IMG/VR virus record: IMGVR_UViG_3300044987_000436
DNA: 64,000 nucleotides
Source: an uncultured virus (IMG/VR IMGVR_UViG_3300044987_000436)
Lineage: Duplodnaviria > Heunggongvirae > Uroviricota > Caudoviricetes
Direction: 5' to 3' (one strand)
Shown here: piece after piece, positions 36,999 through 45,951 of the stretch
Numbering within the stretch: position 1 is the first letter of the stretch
Layout of the letters: each line of letters starts with the position of its first letter
The notes under the pieces: model-generated
Database searches by the model: none
What the model saw: only the letters and a program-made list of their open reading frames with translations
What the model was told of the DNA's origin: nothing
Program-made: the position numbers and the translations under genes

Positions 36999-37757
36999 TC
37001 AGTCCGGCAGCTCGATGCCATGCCATGTCACCGGCACGAAGTCGGTCGGGCGCAGGAGTTTGATGGTGTGCATGGCCGCTTGCATCCGGCTGAGCTGGAG
37101 GCGCATGTCTTTAATCTCCTGCTGTTTGAAGATGTGCGTGTCGGTCAACTTAGCATCGGCAAGCTCTGCGGCCATGCGGCGCTCGATGAGTGCCATCTCC
37201 TTGTCCGTACGCTCGATGAGGCGGCGCTTGTGTATGGCGTGCTGGGTCTGGGGGATGCGGCGCTCGAAGGGGGTCTTCTGTCTCACGCCCTTGGTGTAGG
37301 GTATGGCGGCAAAGTAATCCTTGATGAGGTCGATCTTTTTCTTGGGCATCCAGTCCGTCCAGTGCTCGCCCTTGTTGGGTACATCTGTCCCCTCGGCCAG
37401 TCGGGCCGGTGTCTCCCCGCAGGTGTTGGCCTTGAGCACGAGCCGCCCGATGATCGCGTCAAGCACCATGAGATATGCCTCCAGTGCAAGGGCACGCTCG
37501 GGGCTGGGGTTGTCGAGCTTCAGGGTCAGCATACGCTGCACTATGCGGCGCTCGGCCTTGGCGGGGGCTATGAGGTCACTCCACAATCGGGCGTGCTGCG
37601 TATCTCTGGCTAGTGTGGCGAACTTCTTGTGCCTCTCGTGCATCACCTGAGATATGAGGTTTTCAGCATATCCCATGGGTAGCTTCTTGGTGGCTAGCTT
37701 TTTACGCAGGGTGCTTTCGTTGAGGCGCAGGTAGGATTTTGGGAAATCCATAGTCAT
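36999..37757 (-). CDS. Hypothetical basic protein adjacent to the candidate origin
   Basis: 252 aa, PNKGEHWTDW, ends PVTWHG; SD AAGGAG. Confidence 0.7.
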   Translation of the reverse strand: MTMDFPKSYLRLNESTLRKKLATKKLPMGYAENLISQVMHERHKKFATLARDTQHARLWSDLIAPAKAERRIVQRMLTLKLDNPSPERALALEAYLMVLDAIIGRLVLKANTCGETPARLAEGTDVPNKGEHWTDWMPKKKIDLIKDYFAAIPYTKGVRQKTPFERRIPQTQHAIHKRRLIERTDKEMALIERRMAAELADAKLTDTHIFKQQEIKDMRLQLSRMQAAMHTIKLLRPTDFVPVTWHGIELPD

Positions 37758-37797
37758 ATCTCCTTTTTGTTACATGGTTGGGACGGGGTGTCAATCA

Positions 37798-38065
37798 TAT
37801 CGCAGTTTCCGCCACTCGGGTCGGACGCTGGGAGCCCGCATGGATAGGGCCATTGGACAGAAAGTGTCCGTACTATCTATCTCACACGCAACTAGCCAAC
37901 GGCAAAGCCTTAAAGTAAAAGCTTGAGCCCGAGCAAACAAAAACTAACACTCTCTAATATATATTATATATAAATATTTAGATAGATAACGCGGACACTT
38001 CCCCGCCAGAACCCAGCATCCATGCGGGTTGCGACAGGCCGCTGGGTCTAGTACAAAGTGCGATA
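37798..38065. repeat. Imperfect inverted repeat around an AT-rich core; candidate replication origin
   Basis: Four blocks (TATCGCA, CCCGCATGGAT, AAGTGTCCG, TATCTATCT) mirrored with near-identical spacing around 37883-37979. Confidence 0.75.
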
Positions 38066-38157
38066 CGGGTGGACGGCTTGGACACTTAGTTATATCTCCT
38101 TTTTGATACACGCCATATCTCACTTTCGTACTTTTTGGGGAGAAAGTCTCCCCGACT

Positions 38158-38370
38158 TCAGAACAGACCCAACTGCACAGGGGCCATGTTGCGTTCGAGC
38201 CAGCGCTCGAATGAGATATCACTGGTGAAGGAGATACCGCAGGTCGGTCTGCCCACGGGGACAGCCGATGTGATCTTGAAGTCACGCTTGTCTGTGGGGT
38301 AGTAGTCGAACAGGTCGAAGTCGCCGCATGGGAGGGACAGGATGCCGACATGGGTGATGTGTTGTTTCAT
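38158..38370 (-). CDS. Hypothetical early protein
   Basis: MKQHITHVG...QLGLF. Confidence 0.55.
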   Translation of the reverse strand: MKQHITHVGILSLPCGDFDLFDYYPTDKRDFKITSAVPVGRPTCGISFTSDISFERWLERNMAPVQLGLF

Positions 38371-38379
38371 GGTGTGCTT

Positions 38380-38520
38380 TCAGAGTTCGTTAGAGAGGAT
38401 GAGGCCAAGGATGAACGAGCCCAGCGCAAAGCTGGCAAGGTACATGTAGCCGCCGTCAATCTGGGGCAGGCTAAGTCCTACGAGAACGCAGGCTACGATG
38501 GTGGTGAGGATGTTGAACAT
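38380..38520 (-). CDS. 46-aa two-helix membrane peptide
   Basis: Translated by hand: MFNILTTIVACVLVGLSLPQIDGGYMYLASFALGSFILGLILSNEL. Confidence 0.6.
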   Translation of the reverse strand: MFNILTTIVACVLVGLSLPQIDGGYMYLASFALGSFILGLILSNEL

Positions 38521-38529
38521 GGTGTGCTT

Positions 38530-38724
38530 TCAGTGGTTGCGGGTGCGGATGTAGCGGGCCTTTGCTTTCAGCATGGCCTTCTTCTGGATGCCGTAGCGCT
38601 TGGCTATGTATGACAGAACAGGCGGCAAGGCTTCTGCGGGTACGGCCTTGAGGATGTAGTGCTGCTCACGAATGAGGCGCTTGGCGTCACGGGCATCGAG
38701 GCGGGCTTGTGTGTGCATAGTCAT
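38530..38724 (-). CDS. Hypothetical basic early protein
   Basis: SD GGAG before ATG at 38724. Confidence 0.55.
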   Translation of the reverse strand: MTMHTQARLDARDAKRLIREQHYILKAVPAEALPPVLSYIAKRYGIQKKAMLKAKARYIRTRNH

Positions 38725-38833
38725 ATCTCCAATAAAAATGCCGCACAGTGGCGGCGGTTGACACAGAAAGAAACCCCGCCGCAGCACCATTGCCACGGCG
38801 GTTGACAGAATCTCGGGGAGAAATCTCCCCAAA

Positions 38834-39226
38834 TCACATTTGCGCTGCGAACTTACGCTTCTGAGCAGGGGTCAGCTTGGCGTATGCAGACACGGCGGCT
38901 TTGAGCAAGTCCACTTCAGCACGAGCGCCGCCGACTTCGCGGACAAGGTGATACCGGAACTTAGCACCGGCAGCATTGACAGCCAGCTCGTCCTTGGCGC
39001 TACGCTCGACACGCTTCAGGGCCACGATCTTGGCGGCTTTCTCAGGGGTGCTCTTCAGCTTGCCCTGTACATACGATGTCACGAAGTCCAACTGCATGGC
39101 CGCTTGCCCCTCTGCATCCGCCTTGTGATACGCCTTGTGAAAGGGCACGGATGCCTCAAGGGTGATGCGGTCTGAGTTACCAAGGCCCAAAGCAAACTGG
39201 GACAGGTTGAGTTTGATGGATGACAT
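38834..39226 (-). CDS. First gene of the early arm, hypothetical
   Basis: 130-aa Ala/Lys-rich helical ORF. Confidence 0.65.
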   Translation of the reverse strand: MSSIKLNLSQFALGLGNSDRITLEASVPFHKAYHKADAEGQAAMQLDFVTSYVQGKLKSTPEKAAKIVALKRVERSAKDELAVNAAGAKFRYHLVREVGGARAEVDLLKAAVSAYAKLTPAQKRKFAAQM

Positions 39227-39561
39227 TTGAAAGGTTCCTCTAAGGTTGGGGAGGTTTCTCCCCGTGGGTTGATGCGGTTAAGTTCCCCTAACCGCTAACT
39301 CTATTGTACTAGGAGGGGTAGAACCGAAGCCCTCTCAGGGAGAAACCGACACCTGTTGACCCCACCCACCCCCCACCAAGCCATATACAGAGCGACAGGG
39401 CTGTGCCACATGAACACTATTCCCCTCCGATAATCCCCATTTTTGTCAAACGGCACAAAATCAAAACAAACACTAAAGTGTACAGTTATCCCAAACACCC
39501 ACCCCCACAAAATTTTTCAAAATTTCCATGAAATCTTGTCTAACGGTAGACATGCACAGAC

Positions 39562-39586
39562 AAAAAAATGCCCGGACGGGCCGGGC
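39562..39586 (-). terminator. Putative intrinsic terminator
   Basis: GCCCGG-N5-CCGGGC followed by A and 7 T on the minus strand. Confidence 0.5.
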
Positions 39587-39723
39587 GAAGATGAATTTGC
39601 ATCCATCAAGGAGAAGCAATGACTGCGAAAACACAGACACCACTCGAAAAGCAGTGTACATTACAGGCTCCGAGTCCGCAAGGGCTCCACAAGTATTGTG
39701 GAGACTAGTAAGGTACTACGCGC

Positions 39724-40374
39724 ATGTTAGATCACTTGTTAGAGTTTGAACCCCCAGTGGTCGAGGCCACCGGCAAAGACGTGTCTGGTCTGGACAGGGC
39801 CACGCCCGACCAGATTCTGAACGCACAGGTCAATACGACCAAATGGTTGGAGCAGCTCGGCGTCGAAGACGACCAGAAGATTCTGCAAGAAGCCGAAGCC
39901 AACGCCGCCCGCCGGGTATTCACCGCGCTGGCCACAAACGCACCCCCATCCGACGCCAAGCACCAGCTCACCCAGCTCAAGACACCGGAGTCCGTGCGCC
40001 ACTTGGTAACGATGCTGTCTGCCTACGACTGGGAGTTTGTTGAGCAGGCCAAGCAGATGCGCGGCATGGCCGTGGCCAAGATCATCGAGGAAACCAACCA
40101 CCCCGACGCTAGGATCAGGCTCAAGGCCATCGAGATGTTGGGCCGGGTTACCGAGGTTGCGCTGTTCACGGACAGGATCGAGGTCAAGAAGACCGACATG
40201 ACCGACGCCGAGATCGACAAGAAGCTCCAAGACAAGCTGGACACGCTGCTCAATGTGATCGACGTGGATGTGACCAGCGGCGAAACTACGCCTGACATAA
40301 CCGACGTAACCCCTGTCGAACCAAGCCAGCCCCAAAGTGAGCACTCACTAACATCCGACACCGATGAATCTTGA
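39724..40374 (+). CDS. Putative terminase small subunit
   Basis: Immediately upstream of and overlapping terL; RIRLKAIEMLG motif. Confidence 0.65.
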   Translation: MLDHLLEFEPPVVEATGKDVSGLDRATPDQILNAQVNTTKWLEQLGVEDDQKILQEAEANAARRVFTALATNAPPSDAKHQLTQLKTPESVRHLVTMLSAYDWEFVEQAKQMRGMAVAKIIEETNHPDARIRLKAIEMLGRVTEVALFTDRIEVKKTDMTDAEIDKKLQDKLDTLLNVIDVDVTSGETTPDITDVTPVEPSQPQSEHSLTSDTDES

Positions 40375-41899
40375 TGCGCTCAATCTGAAGCCCGAGGAAG
40401 TTGCCGCCCTGCGTGCGGCGCTGCCGACGATGACGAAAGCCGCCAAACTGGAGTTGATGGAGGTTCTGGACGAGCGTGAGCGCAGGCGCTCCCTGCAAAA
40501 CTCGCGTACTAATATGATTGACTTTGCCAAGCGGGTCTACCCCGGCTTCAAGGTTGGACCGCACCACAGGAAGTTGGCCAAGATTTTTCAGGACGTTGTG
40601 GACGGCAAGAAGAAGCGCGTCATCATCAACATCGCCCCACGGATGGGTAAGTCCGAGTTCAGCAGCTATTTGTTCCCCGCGTTCTTCCTAGGTAATTACC
40701 CTAATAAGAAGATCATCATGGGCACGCACACGGCGTCCCTGTCCGAAGACTTTGGCCGCAGGGTCAGGAACTTGCTGGAAGACGAGGACTACAACACCGT
40801 GTTTCCCGGCACGCAGCTTGCACAGGACCAGAAGGCATCGGGCAAGTGGTCCACCTCCGACGGGGGCCAATACTACGCAGCCGGTGTCGGTGGTGCCTTG
40901 GCTGGACGGGGTGCTGACCTGTTCATGATCGACGATCCACACTCTGAGCAGGACGTCAAAGCCAACAGTCGTCTAGCGTTTGACACGGCGTGGTCGTGGT
41001 TCCAGACAGGCCCGTTGCAGCGCTTGATGCCGAACGGCGCGATCATTGTGGTGATGACCCGCTGGGGACCGCTGGACCTGACCGGGCGGCTGATCGACTA
41101 CCAAGTCAAGAATCCGGACTCCCCGCGCTGGGAGATTGTGGAGTTGCCTGCCATACTGAACGAGGGCACCGAGAACGAGAAGTCGCTCTGGCCGGAGCAG
41201 TGGCCGCTGGAGTCGCTGAAATCGGCCAAGTCGTCGATGGACCCGAGGTATTGGAACGCGCAGTACATGCAGCAGCCCACCTCGGACACGTCTGCCATCA
41301 TCAGCAGGAAGAGCTGGCGCATCTGGGAGAACGACGATCCGCCGACCTGTGAGTACATCATCCAGAGCTGGGACACGGCCCACGAGACCAAGAGCACATC
41401 CGACTATTCGGCCTGCACGACTTGGGGTGTGTTCTACAACGAGGAAGAAAACAACGCCCCGCAGGTCATCTTGCTGGACGCGTTCAAGGACCGGATGGCG
41501 TTCCCGGAGCTAAAAGCCATTGCGTTCAAGCACTGGAAAGAGTGGGAGCCAGACGCGTTCATCGTGGAGAAGAAGGCTGCGGGCGGGCCGCTGATCCAAG
41601 AACTGCGGGCAATGGGCATACCCGTGCAGGAGTTTACGCCGAGCCGGGGAAACGATAAGATGGTGCGCGTTAACGCGATTGCGGACTTGTTCACGTCCGG
41701 CATCATCTGGGCACCGGATACCCGCTGGGCACGGGAAGTCATCGAAGAGGTGGCTGCGTTCCCGGTAGGCGAGAATGACGACTATGTGGACACAACCAGT
41801 CAGGCGCTGCTGCGTTTTAGGCAGGGTGGGTTCATCTCGTTGGATACGGACGAGAAAGACGACAAGATTTACCGTGGGCGCACAGCCGCCTACTATTAA
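40364..41899 (+). CDS. terL: Terminase large subunit
   Basis: APRMGKS Walker A, GRGADLFMIDDPH, MTRW, QYMQQP, SWDTA nuclease motif, DDYVD. Confidence 0.95.
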   Translation: MNLDALNLKPEEVAALRAALPTMTKAAKLELMEVLDERERRRSLQNSRTNMIDFAKRVYPGFKVGPHHRKLAKIFQDVVDGKKKRVIINIAPRMGKSEFSSYLFPAFFLGNYPNKKIIMGTHTASLSEDFGRRVRNLLEDEDYNTVFPGTQLAQDQKASGKWSTSDGGQYYAAGVGGALAGRGADLFMIDDPHSEQDVKANSRLAFDTAWSWFQTGPLQRLMPNGAIIVVMTRWGPLDLTGRLIDYQVKNPDSPRWEIVELPAILNEGTENEKSLWPEQWPLESLKSAKSSMDPRYWNAQYMQQPTSDTSAIISRKSWRIWENDDPPTCEYIIQSWDTAHETKSTSDYSACTTWGVFYNEEENNAPQVILLDAFKDRMAFPELKAIAFKHWKEWEPDAFIVEKKAAGGPLIQELRAMGIPVQEFTPSRGNDKMVRVNAIADLFTSGIIWAPDTRWAREVIEEVAAFPVGENDDYVDTTSQALLRFRQGGFISLDTDEKDDKIYRGRTAAYY

Positions 41900-41907
41900 G
41901 GAACACC

Positions 41908-44376
41908 ATGGCAACGAATATCGACAAAGCTCTTTACCAACAGCCGCAGGGCATCGACGCATTGGGCGGGGAGGAACAGGGCATCGAGATCGAGATCGTT
42001 GACCCCGAAGAAGTCAGTATTCGTGGCCCCGGCTTTGAGATCGAGCTAGCCGAAGTTGAGGCGGAGAGCAAGTTTGACTTGAATCTGGCCGAAGAAATGG
42101 ACGACAGCGCCATTGAATCCATGGCTGGTGACTTGGCCGGTGACATCGAAAACGACAAAGGCTCACGCAAGGAGTGGGAGAAAGCCTACACCGAAGGTCT
42201 GAAATTGCTGGGCTTGCAGGTCGAAGAGCGCACTGAGCCTTGGAACGGGGCGTCAGGCGTGTTCCACCCCATGATTACCGAAGCGGTTGTTCGGTTCCAG
42301 TCCGAGTCGATCACCGAGACTTTCCCTGCACAGGGGCCGGTCCGCACCAAGATCATTGGCAAAGAGACCCCCAAGAAGCAAGAAGCGGCCCGCCGTGTCG
42401 AGACCGACATGAACCACGAGCTGACAGACGTGATGCGCGAGTTCCGCCCAGAGCACGAACGCATGTTGTGGTCACTGCCAGCTACCGGCTCCGCCTTCAA
42501 AAAGGTGTACTACGACCCGAACCTAGGTCGTCAGGTGTCGATGTTTGTGCCCGCCGAGGACATCATCCTGCCGTACGGCACGACTGACTTGGACACCTGC
42601 TACCGCCTGACGCACGTCATGCGCAAGACCAAGAACGAGATCATCAAGCTCCAGCAAGCGGGCTTCTACCGCGACATCGAGTTGGGTGACCCGACCCGCG
42701 AGCAGACCAACATCGAGAAGGCCAAGGACAAGGAGACCGGCTTCAACGACCTGAACGACGACCGCTACATCCTGCTGGAGTGCCACGTTGACTTGGACCT
42801 CAAGGGGTTTGAAGACAAGGACGACGAGGGCGAGCCAACAGGTATTGCGTTGCCGTACGTAGTAACCCTTATCAAAGGAACCAACGATGTTCTGTCCATT
42901 CGACGTAATTGGCGCGAAGACGACGATCTCTGCCTTAAGCGGCAGCACTTCGTACACTACCAATACATTCCCGGCTTCGGTGCGTATGGCTTTGGATTGT
43001 TCCACCTTATCGGGGGTTTCGCCAAGTCAGCAACTAGCATCATGCGCCAGCTCGTGGACGCCGGGACACTATCGAATCTACCCGGCGGTCTCAAATCCCG
43101 AGGACTTCGGATCAAGGGTGATGACACTCCGATTGCACCGGGTGAGTTCCGTGACGTAGACATCGGCTCCGGCGCACTGCGGGACAACATCCTGCCACTG
43201 CCATATAAAGAGCCGTCAATGGTCTTGTTCCAGTTGCTGGGCACCATCGTTGAAGAAGGCCGTCGCTTCGCAGCTACTGCGGACATGAAGGTGTCGGACA
43301 TGTCGGCCAATGCCCCAGTGGGCACCACGCTGGCTCTGCTGGAGCGTCAGCTCAAGGTTATGTCGGCTGTGCAGGCGCGTATGCACTACGCGTTCAAGCA
43401 GGAGCTGCGTCTGCTGGCCAGTCTGATCCGTGACTACACGGACATGTCCTACGAGTACGAGCCAGAAAAAGGCGGGCGTCTGGCCAAGGCCGAGGACTAC
43501 AGCTACGTGGACATCATCCCCGTGAGCGACCCCAACGCGGCAACCATGAGCCAGCGCGTGGTGCAGTACCAAGCGGTCATCCAGATGGCTCAGATGGCCC
43601 CGGACATTTACGACTTGCCGCAGTTGCACCGCAACATGCTGGAGGTGCTGGGCATCAAGAACGCCGACAAGCTCGTGCCGATGCCAGACGACCAGAAGCC
43701 GAAAGACCCGGTGACCGAGAACATGCAGGCGCTCAAGAACGAGCCGATGAAGGCGTTCATGTACCAAGACCACGAGTCGCACATCAAGGTCCACATGTCC
43801 GCGATGCAAGACCCGATCATCATGCAGTTGGTTGGCCAAAGCCCCAAGGCTCCGATGATCCAAGCGGCCATGATGGCCCACATTGCCGAGCACGTTGGCT
43901 TTGCGTACCGCCAGAAGATCGAGCAGCAGCTCGGTATGCCCCTGCCACCGGAAGACGAGAAGCTCCCGCCAGAGATCGAGATTGCCCTGTCCGGCATGAT
44001 GGCCCAAGCCGCGCAGCAGGTTCTCCAGCAGAGCCAAGCATCGCAAGCCCAGCAGCAGGCGCAGCAGCAAGCCCAAGACCCCGTGCTCCAGCTCCAGCAG
44101 CAGGACATACAGATCAAACTGAAAGAAGTGGAACTCAAAGAGAAGAAGCTGGCCATCGACGCCGCCGCCCGTTCGGACGAGTTGGAGCTTAAACAACAAG
44201 CACTGGCGGGCAAGATGGAACTCGATGGGTTGCGCGTTGGATCGCAGATCAAGCAGGCCGAGGCCAAGCTGCAATCCGACCAAGAACGAGAAGGTGTCCG
44301 CATGGGCATCGACATCGCAAAGAGCCGTCAACAAGCGGCACAGAACAACCAGCAAAGGAAAGGTCCGGCTAAATAA
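41908..44376 (+). CDS. Portal protein (P22-like, with Q-rich C-terminal barrel)
   Basis: Follows terL; GSAFKKVYYD, GFGAYGFGL, LVDAGTLSNLPGG; Gln-rich coiled-coil C-terminus. Confidence 0.9.
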   Translation: MATNIDKALYQQPQGIDALGGEEQGIEIEIVDPEEVSIRGPGFEIELAEVEAESKFDLNLAEEMDDSAIESMAGDLAGDIENDKGSRKEWEKAYTEGLKLLGLQVEERTEPWNGASGVFHPMITEAVVRFQSESITETFPAQGPVRTKIIGKETPKKQEAARRVETDMNHELTDVMREFRPEHERMLWSLPATGSAFKKVYYDPNLGRQVSMFVPAEDIILPYGTTDLDTCYRLTHVMRKTKNEIIKLQQAGFYRDIELGDPTREQTNIEKAKDKETGFNDLNDDRYILLECHVDLDLKGFEDKDDEGEPTGIALPYVVTLIKGTNDVLSIRRNWREDDDLCLKRQHFVHYQYIPGFGAYGFGLFHLIGGFAKSATSIMRQLVDAGTLSNLPGGLKSRGLRIKGDDTPIAPGEFRDVDIGSGALRDNILPLPYKEPSMVLFQLLGTIVEEGRRFAATADMKVSDMSANAPVGTTLALLERQLKVMSAVQARMHYAFKQELRLLASLIRDYTDMSYEYEPEKGGRLAKAEDYSYVDIIPVSDPNAATMSQRVVQYQAVIQMAQMAPDIYDLPQLHRNMLEVLGIKNADKLVPMPDDQKPKDPVTENMQALKNEPMKAFMYQDHESHIKVHMSAMQDPIIMQLVGQSPKAPMIQAAMMAHIAEHVGFAYRQKIEQQLGMPLPPEDEKLPPEIEIALSGMMAQAAQQVLQQSQASQAQQQAQQQAQDPVLQLQQQDIQIKLKEVELKEKKLAIDAAARSDELELKQQALAGKMELDGLRVGSQIKQAEAKLQSDQEREGVRMGIDIAKSRQQAAQNNQQRKGPAK

Positions 44377-44571
44377 ATGATTCAAGACTTCGCACGCGTG
44401 TTGCGCGAACAAATACGCAAAGACATGAACAACTACGCTGACGACGCCGCCAGCGGAGCATGTCGCTCATTTGAGGAATACCAAAAACTTTGCGGAACCA
44501 TTCAGGGTCTGGCTATCGCAGAGCGCTATGTAATCGACCTTGCTATGAAAGTGGAGAAAGCAGATGAGTGA
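44377..44571 (+). CDS. Hypothetical head-module protein
   Basis: FEEYQKLCGTIQGL. Confidence 0.7.
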   Translation: MIQDFARVLREQIRKDMNNYADDAASGACRSFEEYQKLCGTIQGLAIAERYVIDLAMKVEKADE

Positions 44572-44995
44572 ACTAAGTCTTGATCCGGGCGTATTTGCCC
44601 TCCCCGAAGCCATCCAACCGACTGAGGCTCCAGCCCCAGAAGCGACTGATGAAGAAAAGGCCCGACAGCTTCCCGACCCCAAAGGTTGGAAACTGCTGTG
44701 TGCGGTGCCTGACGTTGTTGAGACTTTCGAGAATTCCTCGATTGTCAAAGCTGGCCAGTTCATGAAACAAGAAGAACACGCCACAACCGTGTTGTTCGTC
44801 ATGAAGGTCGGACCTGACGCGTACAAAGACACCACCAAGTTCCCAAGCGGTCCGTGGTGTGAGGAAGGTGACTTTGTGCTCGTGCGTACGTATTCCGGTA
44901 CGCGATTCAAAATCTACGGAAAAGAGTTTCGAGTCATAAACGACGACATGATCGAAGCAGTTGTGCAAGACCCTCGCGGTTTAACCCGCGCTTGA
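44564..44995 (+). CDS. groES: Co-chaperonin GroES-like protein
   Basis: PKGWKLL, VMKVGPDAY, WCEEGDFVL..TYSG, EFRVINDD.IEAVV. Confidence 0.85.
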   Translation: MSELSLDPGVFALPEAIQPTEAPAPEATDEEKARQLPDPKGWKLLCAVPDVVETFENSSIVKAGQFMKQEEHATTVLFVMKVGPDAYKDTTKFPSGPWCEEGDFVLVRTYSGTRFKIYGKEFRVINDDMIEAVVQDPRGLTRA

Positions 44996-45006
44996 AGGAG
45001 CAGTAA

Positions 45007-45951
45007 ATGGCAGGTGAATTTAAATTTCCTGATGAGCAGGAAGAAACTGTTGTAGTTTCGCAACAGGACGACGGCGATATTGAAATTGAAATTGTCGATG
45101 ACACGCCTGAGCGTGACAAAGGCCGCAGGCCCTTAGACCGGGAAGTGGTAGACCCCACTGATGCCGAGATTGAGAACTACACCAAGGGTGCTCAGGACCG
45201 CATCAAGGAACTGACCCATGCCCGTCACGACGAGCGTCGAGCCAAAGAAGCCCTTCAGCGGGAAAAGCAGGAGCTTGAGCGTCTTGCCCAACACATGCAG
45301 CAAGAGAACCAAAAACTCAAACAGTATGTGGATAACGGCACGCAGCAGTACAACAAGATGGCTGAAAGCGCCGCCGAAGCCGCATTGGACAAAGCCCGCC
45401 GCGATTACAAGATTGCGCAGGAAGCGTTTGATACTGACGGTATTATTGCGGCGCAGGAAGCACTTACTGAAGCCAAGATGAGTATTGCGGCGACAAAAAA
45501 CTTTCGCCCGGCCCCTTTACAACGTGAAGAAGATGTTGTACAAACAAGACAACCAGCACCCCAACAGGTGCAACCTGACGAAAAAACGCTGCGCTGGCAG
45601 GCAAAAAACCAGTGGTTCGGGTCTGATGGGTTTGAGGAAGTTACCAGCTTTGCACTAGGGCTGCACCAAAATCTAGTCAATAACGGGATTGACCCGCGTA
45701 GTGATGATTATTTCGAGCGCATTGACGCACGCGTGAAGTCAAAGTTCCCCGAAGTTTTTGGTGGAACTGAAGATCGTAAGTCAAGTGAGTCTTCAAAACG
45801 GCCAACCTCGGTTGTTGCCCCCGCAGCTCGTTCTTCGGGCGCAAAGAAAATCCAGCTTACCCAGACGCAAGTTGCGCTGGCAAAGAAGTATGGACTAACC
45901 CCGCAGCAATATGCTGCTGAAGTTGCAAAATTGGAGAGAAACAATGGCTGA
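45007..45951 (+). CDS. Putative capsid scaffolding protein
   Basis: Acidic N-terminus, long coiled coil, W..KNQWFG, C-terminal QVALAKKYGLT..QYA. Confidence 0.7.
   Translation: MAGEFKFPDEQEETVVVSQQDDGDIEIEIVDDTPERDKGRRPLDREVVDPTDAEIENYTKGAQDRIKELTHARHDERRAKEALQREKQELERLAQHMQQENQKLKQYVDNGTQQYNKMAESAAEAALDKARRDYKIAQEAFDTDGIIAAQEALTEAKMSIAATKNFRPAPLQREEDVVQTRQPAPQQVQPDEKTLRWQAKNQWFGSDGFEEVTSFALGLHQNLVNNGIDPRSDDYFERIDARVKSKFPEVFGGTEDRKSSESSKRPTSVVAPAARSSGAKKIQLTQTQVALAKKYGLTPQQYAAEVAKLERNNG

Larger units (their letters stand above)
35339..39263. repeat. Five dispersed palindromes GGGGAG-N4/5-CTCCCC
   Basis: Copies at 35339-35355, 36958-36974, 38137-38153, 38815-38830 and 39248-39263, all intergenic. 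Confidence 0.9.

Noticed and set aside
16344..39226. Lysogeny module
   Set aside because: No tyrosine or serine integrase, ParA or CI-type repressor with a peptidase domain was recognised; lifestyle remains undetermined
35339..39263. Palindromes as a CRISPR or mini-CRISPR array
   Set aside because: Spacing is irregular (about 400-1600 bp) with whole genes between copies, the repeats are only 16-17 bp, and the Cas4-like nuclease sits in the replication module
39227..39723. tRNA or protein-coding gene in the divergent intergenic region
   Set aside because: No cloverleaf or T-loop consensus, and the short ORFs lack an SD and plausible composition; the C-rich and A/T tracts may relate to packaging but this cannot be supported further
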